The position numbers were made by a program, and so were the translations under genes. A DNA stretch of 64,000 nucleotides, taken from positions 3,392,001-3,456,000 of the forward strand of contig OY970303.1 in NCBI GenBank assembly GCA_963716255.1, written 5' to 3'. Positions 1-10,800 of this stretch are shown here, piece by piece. The notes below the pieces were generated by a model, which saw only the letters and a list, made by a program, of their open reading frames with translations, was not told where the DNA came from and searched no databases. Position 1 is the first letter of the stretch. Every line of letters begins with the position of its first letter. This DNA comes from an uncultured Gemmatimonadales bacterium (lineage in GTDB: Bacteria; Gemmatimonadota; Gemmatimonadetes; Longimicrobiales; Longimicrobiaceae).

Positions 1-1904
1 CGCCCGCGACCCCCGGCGCCTTCGACCTGACGGTGGTCTACACCTCGGCCGACAACGCCGTGGAGAACCGCACCGAGACGTTCTCGGGGCTGTCCATGAA
101 CAGCCAGGACTTCCGCTACGCGGTGGACGTGGTGAACGCCGGCTCCGAGCTGGTCACGCTGGAGCGGGTCGCCGCCCTCGGCGGCGCCGTGGCGGCAACC
201 AGCACCAGCGGGCGCCTGGTGGACGGCGGCGGCACCGCGCTGCAGGTGAACACGCTGGTGGACGCCACCCACAACCAGTTCCGCGTCTCGGTCAACGGCT
301 CCTCGCCGGTCACCGTCACGCTGAACCCGGCGGGGCTCACCGGCAACGCCGCGGCGCAGCTCACCGCCCTGTGCTCGCAGGTTACCACCGCGGTGACCGG
401 GGCGGCGAACGGCGTCGCCGCGCTGTCCGGCTTCACCTGCACGCCCAGCGGCGAGCGCATCGTGATGACCTCCGGCGCCGCCGGGGAAACTTCCAGCGTG
501 CGCGTGCTCCCCGGCGCCACCAGCGACGCCGCGACGCGGCTCAAGCTGGGCTCCGCGAACGGCGGGGTCGAGTCCGACGGCACCGCGCCCCTGGTCCCGC
601 GGGCCACGCCGGACCCCGGCAAGCTGGTGGGGACGCCGATCGCCAACGGCACGCCCATGACCGGCGGCACGGTGGAGGTCTCGGTCGACGGCGAGCCCTT
701 CAGGCCGGTGAGCTTCGCCATCGTCGGCGCGGACGACAACGCGAAGGCCGCCGACGCCGCCGCGAAGCTGCAGGCCGCGGTGCGGGCGCTCAAGAGCACG
801 CCCGCGTACACCGGCTTCACCGCCACGGCGGGGGCGGACGCCGACCGCAGGCTGACGCTCTCCTCCGGCTCGCGGGGCGCCGGGTCGTCGGTGGCGGTGC
901 GCGCCGCGGCGGCGGACCCGCTGGCGGCCGGGCTGGGGCTCCCCGGCGGCGCCGCCACCTCCGGCGTCAACACGCTGCTGACGGGCGGGACGGAGCTCGG
1001 CTTCGGCGCCGACGACCCGGCCTTCTACTCGATCTTCGTGGGGAGCCGCAACGACCGGAAGGGGCTGTTCGCCCTGGAGCGGGTGGACATCTTCAACCTG
1101 CTCTGCCTCCCCGGCGTGACCGATGCCGGGGTCCTCGCCGACGCGGCCGCGTACTGCCAGGAGCGCCGCGCCTTCCTGATCGCCGACGCGAAGCGCGACA
1201 GCGACACCGTCGCCGAGATGGTGGCGGACGCATCCGGCACGGCGCTCCCCAAGAGCGACCACGCGGCGGTCTACTTTCCCTGGATCCGCATCGCCGATCC
1301 GCTCGCGGGCGGGCGGCTGCGCACCACCGCGCCCAGCGGCACCATGGCCGGGGTGTACGCGCGCACCGACTCGCAGCGCGGCGTGTGGAAGGCCCCGGCG
1401 GGGACCGACGCGCCCATGGTGGGCGTGCAGGGCGTGACCTACCCGCTCACCGACGCCGAGAACGGGCAGCTCAACCCGCTGGGCGTGAACTGCATCCGCA
1501 TCCTCCCCGTGTACGGCGCGGTTCCCTGGGGGACGCGGACGCTGCGCGGCGCCGACGCCATGGCGTCCGAGTGGAAGTACGTGCCGGTGCGGCGGCTGGC
1601 GCTGTACATCGAGGAGAGCCTGTACCGCGGGACCAAGTGGGTGGTCTTCGAGCCCAACGACGAGCCGCTCTGGTCGCAGATCCGCCTGAACCTGGGCGCG
1701 TTCATGAACGGCCTGTTCCGCCAGGGGGCGTTCCAGGGGAAGAGCCCGCGCGAGGCGTACTTCGTCAAGTGCGACTCGGAGACCACCACGCAGGCCGACA
1801 TCAACCTGGGCGTGGTCAACATCCTGGTGGGCTTCGCACCGCTGAAGCCGGCGGAGTTCGTGGTGCTGCGGCTCCAGCAGATGGCCGGGCAGATCCAGAC
1901 CTGA
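1..1904 (+). CDS. Contractile tail sheath protein (eCIS Afp2/3/4-like), 5' end outside window
   Basis: Frame is open from position 3. The C-terminus has sheath motifs AAVYFPWI, PSGTMAGVYARTD..RGVWKAPAG, LNPLGVNCIR, WKYVPVRRL, VFEPND and GFAPLKPAEFV. Confidence 0.95.
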   Translation, partial: PATPGAFDLTVVYTSADNAVENRTETFSGLSMNSQDFRYAVDVVNAGSELVTLERVAALGGAVAATSTSGRLVDGGGTALQVNTLVDATHNQFRVSVNGSSPVTVTLNPAGLTGNAAAQLTALCSQVTTAVTGAANGVAALSGFTCTPSGERIVMTSGAAGETSSVRVLPGATSDAATRLKLGSANGGVESDGTAPLVPRATPDPGKLVGTPIANGTPMTGGTVEVSVDGEPFRPVSFAIVGADDNAKAADAAAKLQAAVRALKSTPAYTGFTATAGADADRRLTLSSGSRGAGSSVAVRAAAADPLAAGLGLPGGAATSGVNTLLTGGTELGFGADDPAFYSIFVGSRNDRKGLFALERVDIFNLLCLPGVTDAGVLADAAAYCQERRAFLIADAKRDSDTVAEMVADASGTALPKSDHAAVYFPWIRIADPLAGGRLRTTAPSGTMAGVYARTDSQRGVWKAPAGTDAPMVGVQGVTYPLTDAENGQLNPLGVNCIRILPVYGAVPWGTRTLRGADAMASEWKYVPVRRLALYIEESLYRGTKWVVFEPNDEPLWSQIRLNLGAFMNGLFRQGAFQGKSPREAYFVKCDSETTTQADINLGVVNILVGFAPLKPAEFVVLRLQQMAGQIQT

Positions 1905-2041
1905 GCGCGCGAGCGCCGAAGTGCGAAGCCGCCCGGCGCACGCCGCCGGGCGCCGTGTCCTGAATCCATGGTTCCGCGGCGGGGGCGCCGGCCAGGCTCC
2001 CCCCGCCCGGGCTCACCCGCCGTGCGGCAAGGAGGCACCGG

Positions 2042-2569
2042 ATGCCACAGTTCAGCGCGAACCCGTCGCGGTTCGATCCCTACAAGAACTTCAAGTTCCG
2101 CGTGAAGTGGGACGGCCGCTACGTGGCCGGCATCAGCAAGATGAGCTCGCTGAAGCGCACCACCGAGGTGGTCAAGCACCGCGACGGCGGCGACCCCAGC
2201 ACCAGCCGCAAGTCTCCCGGCCGCAGCGAGTACGAGGCGGTGACGCTGGAGCGCGGCGTGACCCACGACACCGAGTTCGAGCGCTGGGCCAACAAGGTGT
2301 GGAACCACGGCTCGGGGCTGGGCGCCGAGGTGTCGCTGCGCGACTTCCGCAAGGACATCTCGGTGGAGGTGTACAACGAGGCGGGGCAGCTCGCCCTGTC
2401 GTACAACCTGTTCCGCTGCTGGGTGTCCGAGTACCAGGCGCTCCCGGAGCTGGACGCCAACGCCAACGCCGTCGCCATCCAGACGCTCAAGCTGGAGTGC
2501 GAGGGGTGGGAGCGCGACTACGACGTGAAGGAGCTCCCGGAGGTCGGCTTCGACGAGCCGGCGGCCTGA
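2042..2569 (+). CDS. Tail tube protein (T4 gp19-like, Afp1/5-like)
   Basis: RFDPYKNFKFRV, KSPGR..Y..VTLERGVT, RKDI.VEVYNE and ELDANANAVAIQTLKL motifs. AAGGAGG RBS. Directly follows the sheath. Confidence 0.95.
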   Translation: MPQFSANPSRFDPYKNFKFRVKWDGRYVAGISKMSSLKRTTEVVKHRDGGDPSTSRKSPGRSEYEAVTLERGVTHDTEFERWANKVWNHGSGLGAEVSLRDFRKDISVEVYNEAGQLALSYNLFRCWVSEYQALPELDANANAVAIQTLKLECEGWERDYDVKELPEVGFDEPAA

Positions 2570-2570
2570 C

Positions 2571-3305
2571 GTGCGCGCGCTGTCCGGACCGGCGCTGCTC
2601 GCCGCCTGGGAGGAGGGCCGCGCCCACGGGCCGGCCGGGCGGGCGGCGGCGCTCCTGGCCGCGGCCTCGCCCGGCGAGGAGCGGGCCCGGCTGGCGCGCC
2701 TCCCCGTGGGCGCCTGCGACGCGCGTCTGCTGGAGATGCGCGAGGCCACCTTCGGGCCGGTGATGCAGGCGCTCGCCCGCTGCCCCTCGTGCGGCGAGCG
2801 CCTGGAGTTCGACGTGCCCACCGCCGCCATCCGCGCGCCGCACGCGGAGGAGTCCGGGCCCGTGCACCTGCTGGAGCGCGGCGGGCTGCGCGCGCGCTTC
2901 CGCGTCCCCGCCGCGGGCGACCTGGCCGCGGCGGCGGCGTGCGGCGCGGTGGACGAGGCCCGCCGCCTGCTGCTGCGCCGCTGCGTGGCGGAGGCGGAGC
3001 GCGGCGGGGTCCCGGTGGAGCCGGACGACCTGTCCCCGGAGGAGGAAGCGGCGCTGGCGGAAGCCATGGCCGCCGCCGATCCCCAGGCGGAGGTGCTGGT
3101 GGGGCTCGCCTGCGACGCGTGCGGGCACGGCTGGGAGGAGGGGTTCGACGTGGCCGCCTTCCTGTGGACGGAGGTGGGCGCGGAAGCCTCCCGGCTGCTG
3201 TACGAGGTGCACGCACTTGCGTCGGCGTACGGCTGGCGCGAGGCCGACGTGCTCGCGCTTTCCCCGGTGCGGCGCCGGGCGTACCTGGAGATGGTGGGCG
3301 CATGA
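2571..3305 (+). CDS. eCIS-associated hypothetical protein with two CxxC motifs and a DUF6760-like C-terminal helix (possible tail assembly chaperone)
   Basis: CPSC and CDAC motifs. C-terminus EVHALASAYGWREADVLALSPVRRRAYL. Sits right after the tube gene. Confidence 0.75.
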   Translation: MRALSGPALLAAWEEGRAHGPAGRAAALLAAASPGEERARLARLPVGACDARLLEMREATFGPVMQALARCPSCGERLEFDVPTAAIRAPHAEESGPVHLLERGGLRARFRVPAAGDLAAAAACGAVDEARRLLLRRCVAEAERGGVPVEPDDLSPEEEAALAEAMAAADPQAEVLVGLACDACGHGWEEGFDVAAFLWTEVGAEASRLLYEVHALASAYGWREADVLALSPVRRRAYLEMVGA

Positions 3306-4315
3306 CCGACTTCCTCCGGCGCCTGGCGGAGCGCGCGGTGGGCGCCGACTCCGGCGTCCGCCCCGCCCTCCCCCCGCGCTTCGCCACCTACGCGGCGCCG
3401 CCCGCGGACGCCGGCGTCCCCGGCGTGCCGGAGTCGCCGGACGCGGGGGATCCCTTCCCCGCGGAGCCCCGCCTCCGTGCCGGGGCCCTTCCCCCGCTGG
3501 ACGCGGAGCCGCGCGCGGCCGGGGAGCGGCCCGGCCCCGCCGCCCCCGCCTCCGTCCGCTCCGCCCTGCCCGCCGCCGGTCCGGGCGCCGCGCCCGTCGC
3601 GGGTCCGCCGGACCGGGAAGCCGGGGAAGCTCCGGCCGGCCCGGGGACCGCGCCCCGGCCGGGATCCCCCCGCGGGGTCGTGCCGCAGCCCCCCGCCGGC
3701 GCCGCCGTCCCCCCGGCCGCCGCGGGTCCCCGTCCCGCTCCGCCCCGGGCGGCGCCGCCGGAGGAGGAGATGGTCCCCGCGGCCGACCACTCGCCCGCTC
3801 CGCCCGCGTGGCGGAGCGGGCAATCGGCGCGCCCGGCCGATCCTCCCCCGCGCGCGGTGGACTCCCCCGCCCGCCTCCCCGGCCCGGCGCCATCTCTGCC
3901 GGCCCCGCCGGCCATGCCCGGCGCGGTCCCGGTGGGCGCGGCGCGCCCCGCCGCCGCCCTCGAAGCGGCGCGCGGGGAGGGGCGGCCGGTGCCGGCCATC
4001 GCCGCCCGCCGCGCGTCGTCCTGGGCCGGCGAGGAGCCGGTGCACGGGACGGAGTGGGAATCCTCGGCCACGGCGGCGGCGGGACCCCGCTCCGCGGCGG
4101 GTGTGGCGCATCGCGCGCCGACGCCGGTGCAGGCGCGCGTCTCCGGCCGCGGCCCGGACCCCGCGGGGCCGCCGGTGATCGAGGTGAGCATCGGGCGGGT
4201 GGAGGTGCGCGCGGTTGCCGCCGCCCCGGCCGCCCGTCCGGCCCGCCCCGCGCCCCCCGCGCCCGCGGTGTCGCTGGACGACTACCTGCGCGCCCGCGGC
4301 GGAGGTGGGCGATGA
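3302..4315 (+). CDS. Pro/Ala-rich eCIS-associated hypothetical protein
   Basis: ATGA overlaps at both ends. Structured-looking termini (MTDFLRRLAER; VIEVSIGRVEVRA...SLDDYL) flank a low-complexity core. Confidence 0.7.
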   Translation: MTDFLRRLAERAVGADSGVRPALPPRFATYAAPPADAGVPGVPESPDAGDPFPAEPRLRAGALPPLDAEPRAAGERPGPAAPASVRSALPAAGPGAAPVAGPPDREAGEAPAGPGTAPRPGSPRGVVPQPPAGAAVPPAAAGPRPAPPRAAPPEEEMVPAADHSPAPPAWRSGQSARPADPPPRAVDSPARLPGPAPSLPAPPAMPGAVPVGAARPAAALEAARGEGRPVPAIAARRASSWAGEEPVHGTEWESSATAAAGPRSAAGVAHRAPTPVQARVSGRGPDPAGPPVIEVSIGRVEVRAVAAAPAARPARPAPPAPAVSLDDYLRARGGGGR

Positions 4316-5564
4316 GCACGGGGCTGGCCATCGCGGCGGTGACCGCCGTGCTCAAGGACCTGCTGCAGAACGGCGTCATCGACAACGTCATCACCAACAC
4401 CGTGGGCGAGGTCAAGGTGAGCGCGCTCCCGCCCGACCGCCTCAAGACGGACGGCCAGGAGCCCAGCCAGATCAACCTGTTCCTGTACCAGGTGACGCCC
4501 AACCCGGGGTGGCGCAACGCCGAGCTCCCCTCGCGCGACTCCGCCGGGCGCAGCGTGCGGAACCCGCCGCTCGCGCTGGACCTGCACTACCTGCTCACGG
4601 CCTACGGCGCGGTGGACTTCCACGCCGAGATCCTGCTGGGCTACGCCATGCAGCTGCTGCACGAGACTCCGGTGCTCACGCGGCAGCTCATCCGCAGGTC
4701 GCTTACGCCCTCGCTGGACGTCACCGCGGCCAACCAGAACCTGCCGCCGGCGGTGACCGCGCTCGCCGCGGCGGACCTGGCGGAGCAGGTGGAGCAGGTC
4801 AAGATCACCCCGCACTACCTGAGCACCGAGGAGATGTCCAAGGTGTGGTCCGCGCTGCAGACCCACTACCGGCCCAGCGCGGCGTACCAGGCCTCGGTGG
4901 TGCTGATCGAGGGGCGCAGGCCCGCGCGGGCGCCGCTCCCGGTGGGCGAGCCGCGCGTGCACGTGGTCCCCTTCCGCCGCCCCACCATCGAGACGGTGAC
5001 GCCGCAGCGGGTGACCGCAGGGGGCACGCTGGTGATCGAGGGCCACTCCCTGCGCGCGCCGCTCGCCCGCGTGCGGTTCCGCGGGGGCGAGGCGCAGCCC
5101 GCGGCGCTGGGCGACATGCGGGTGGAGGTGGCGCTCCCCGCCGGGCTCCCCGCCGGGCTGCAGAGCGTGCAGGTGGTGCACGACATGGAGCTGGGCACGC
5201 CCGGCGACCCGCACCGCGGCGCCGAGTCCAACCAGGCGCCCTTCGTCCTGGCGCCGACCGTGGTGCTCCCCGCGGGGCCGGAGCCGCGGCTCACGGCGGC
5301 GCGCGGCGGCATCATCACCCTGACGCTGGACCCGCCGGTGGGCCGCTCCCAGCGCGTGACGCTGCTGGTGGGCGACCGCTCGCTGACGCTCCCCGAGCGA
5401 CTTCCCGTCACCCCCGGCGCCGCGGACGCCACGCTGGACTTTCCCATCCCCGCCGCCTGGCCCGTGGGGACCTTTCTGCTGCGCGTGCGGGTGGACGGCG
5501 CCGACAGCGCGCTGGCGGTGGATCCCGGGACCCGCGAGTTCACGGGTCCGCAGGTGCAGGTCAC

Positions 5565-5568
<4 letters not shown>
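4312..5568 (+). CDS. DUF4255/Pvc16-like tail terminator/cap protein with C-terminal Ig (IPT/TIG)-like domains
   Basis: IAAVTAVLKDLL, INLFLYQV.PN, PPLALDLHYLLTAY and YRPSAAYQASVVLI motifs. ATGA-coupled. Confidence 0.88.
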
Positions 5569-7531
<1,963 letters not shown>

Positions 7532-7541
<10 letters not shown>

Positions 7542-7807
7542 GCCCCGCCGCCGTGCGGCTGCGCGTGGACGAGCTGGTGCTGCACGGCTTCGCCCCCGCC
7601 GACCGCCACCGCATCGCCGACGCCATGCGCGACGAGCTGGCGCGGCTCTTCGCCGAGCGGGGCGTGCCGGAGCGGCTGGCGCGCGGCGAGGCGCCGGCGG
7701 AGCTGGACGCGGGCGCGTTCGAGGTACCCGGCGGCGCGCGCCCCGCCGAGGTGGGGCGGCGCCTGGCGGGGGCGCTGTACCGGGGCTTCGCGGATGCCGG
7801 CGCGTGA
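7532..7807 (+). CDS. Small eCIS-associated hypothetical protein
   Basis: MELSPAAVRLRVDELVLHGF...ELARLF. Overlaps the ATPase stop and the start of the next gene. Confidence 0.7.
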
Positions 7808-10800
7808 GCGCACCCGCGAGCGCGCGCCCGACCCGGCCCGCGCGAGCGGGGAGGCCGGCCGGGAGCGCGCGGAGCGCCCGGGCGAGCGCGTCCCGGCGGG
7901 GGTGGAGACGCTGCTGCAGCGCTCCCAGGGGCGGGCGATGGAGCCGGAGGTGCGCGCGTGGATGGAGTCGTGCTTCGGGCACGACTTCTCGCGGGTGCGG
8001 GTGCACACCGACCGCGACGCGGCCGACGCCACCCGGGAGCTGGACGCCCACGCCCTGGCCCGCGGCGAGCACGTGTACTTCGCCCGGGGATTGTACCGCC
8101 CGTCCACGCACGAGGGCCGCCGGCTGCTGGCCCACGAGCTGACCCACACGCTCCAGCAGCCCCCGGACTCGCCGCGCCCCGTGGTGCAGCGGCGCGGCGC
8201 CGGCGGCATCGCCACCGGGCTGCTGGAAGCGGAGGCGGAAACGGCGGCGCGGCGGGTGGCGGCGGGGGAGCGGGTGCCGGCGGGATCGGTCAGCGTGGCC
8301 GCGCGGCACCTGCGCCGGCCGCCCTCCACCGACCCCGCGCGCCCGCGGGAGCCGGGCGGTTCCGAGGCGCCGGAAGCCGCGGTCCGCACCCTGGCGGCCG
8401 AGGTGTACCGCATCCTCGCCGCCGACCCGGACGACCGGTCCGGCCAGGCGCGGCGCCGGCTGGAGTCGGCGGCCCCGGCCACGCGCGAGGCGGTTCTGTC
8501 CGCGGTGCGGGCGCGGCTCACCCCCGCCGAGCGCGCCCGCATGGCGACGGCGCTCACCGCGCTGGCGACCGGCGAGGACCCCGCGAAGCAGGCCGCCGCC
8601 GGGGCGGCCCCCGAGATTCCCGCCGCCGCCCCGGAAGAGCGGGCGGCCCCGGCGCCGGAGCCCGCCGACGCGCCGCCGCAGGCGGCCGCCGCCCCGCCCG
8701 TGGCGGCCGTGGCGCCGCCCGCCCCCGCGCCGGCCCCGCTCTCGGGCGGGCTGCTGGCCGCGCTGGGCCGGCTCTTCGGGATCGGGCGGAGGACGGGGCC
8801 GCAGGCGCCCGACGCCACCCCGGACGCCCCGCCCGTGGCCGCGGCGCCCACGCCCGCCCCGGCGGAAGCCGCCGCCCGCGCGGAAGTCGAGCCGGACGCC
8901 GCGGCCGAGGCGGCCGCGGAGCAGGCGCCCCCGGTGGCGGCCGGCGCCGCCGCGGAAGCCGGGGCGGCGCCGGACGCGGAAACGGCCGCGGAGGGCGCGG
9001 AAGGCGCCGGCGCGGCGACCCGCGCGGAGGCGGCCGGCGGCGCTCCGGGCGCGGGCGCGGCCGAAGGCGGCGCGGCGGCGGCGAACACCGGCCCCGCGGA
9101 CCGGGTGGAGGGCTACCTCGCCGAAAAGGACCAGGCGGAGGCCCAGCGCGAGGAGGAGGCGCGGGCCGACGAGGCCCAGGCCGCCGCGCCGCCGTCCGTC
9201 GCCGGCGGCGGGGGCGCGCCCGGGATGGCCGAGGCGCCGCCCTCCCCGGTGGCCGGGGCGGCCGGCGAGGAGGCGCAGCTCGAAGGCGCCGGGCAGGCCG
9301 TCGCCCGCGCCGGCGGCGCGGCGGACCTCCCGGGCGGCGCGGCGCCGCCGGAGCTGGAGCCGGAGCCCGCGGCGGCGGGCGGCGGGCCCGCCCCCGAGCC
9401 GGAAGCCGCGGAAGCGCCCGAAGCCGGGGAGCCCGAGGCCGCGGAGGAGCCGGAAGCCGCCGGGGAGCCGGATGCCGGCGCGGCGCCCGCGGGAGGCGGC
9501 GCGCCGGAGGCGGAGGAAGCGGCCGCGGAAGAGCCCGCCGCCCCCTCCGCGGATGTGGCGGCTCCGGCCGCGGAGGAAGCCGGCGCTCCGGCCGGGGCCG
9601 GCGGCGCCGCGCCCGGGCCCGAGGCCGCCGGGGGCGAAGCGTCCGCGGGGGAGAGCGCGGCGGCGGACCCGGAGATCGCGGCGATGCTGTCCGCCGACTC
9701 GGGCGGCGCCGAGTACTCGGGCGGCGGGGGCGGCGGCGGCTCCGCCATCCCCGATCCCCCGTCCCCCGCGGCCCCCGACCTTTCCGGCGCCGAGCCCGAG
9801 GAGGCCATGGCGCAGGCCGCCGCCCTCCCGCCCGCGCAGATGCAGGAGGCGCTGGGGGGCGTCACCTCCGCCGCCAGCCGCTCCGTCGGCTCGCAGCGCG
9901 ACGAGCTGGCGGCCAGCCCGCCGGAGATGGAAGCGCCCACCGGGGCCCCCAGCGCCGCGGAGATGGCGGCCGAGTCGGCGGCGGACGAGCGCGGCGCATC
10001 CGCCGCCCCGGGCCGGGTGGAGCGGGCCCCCGCGGGGGAGGACGTCCCTGTCCCCGACCCGGACCCGCTCCCGCCGCAGCCCGAGTCCCCCACGGCCCGC
10101 GTGGCCACCCCGGAGGTGGGGCGCGGCCAGGACGGCGAGCTGTCCGAGCAGGACGTGCGGGAGATGCAGTCCTCCATCCGCACGCTCCCCACCAGCGACC
10201 CGGCGCTGCACGCCCAGGTGGGCGCCCCGCCGCGACTGGTGCTGGAAGGGAACGCGGACCCGGCGCGCGCGCAGGAGCAGCGCGCCGAGCTGAACAGCAG
10301 CGTCGCCGCCGCCCACGCGCAGGGCCTGGAGGACGTCGCCCGGCCGGCCGGCGAGAACACCATCTTCCCCGACGTCCCCACGGGGACGCTGACGGCCGCC
10401 GTCCCCTCCGGGGGTGGAGGCGCGGCCCCCTCCGGCGGCGGGGCCGCCGCGGCGGGCGGAGGCGGGGGCGGGGGAGCGGCGGAGACCGATGCCGCGGTCG
10501 CCATCATCGCGCAGGAGGAGCGCGGCGACCAGGTACGCGCCGCCGCCCAGGGAGCGCAGGGCGAGATGTCCGCCGCCCGCGCGGACCACCAGTCGCAGAC
10601 GGAGGAGGCCCACGCCCAGGCGCAGGCCGACATCGACGCCGCGGTCCAGGAGAACGCCGGCGAGCAGCGGGGGGTGCGCGGCGAGGCGCGGACCCGGGTC
10701 CGCGACCAGCGCCGCCAGTGGGGCGAGGCCCAGCAGGAGGCGGTGGACGACGCCCACTCCCAGGCCGACACGGCCGGGACCGAGGGCGCGCGGACCATCG

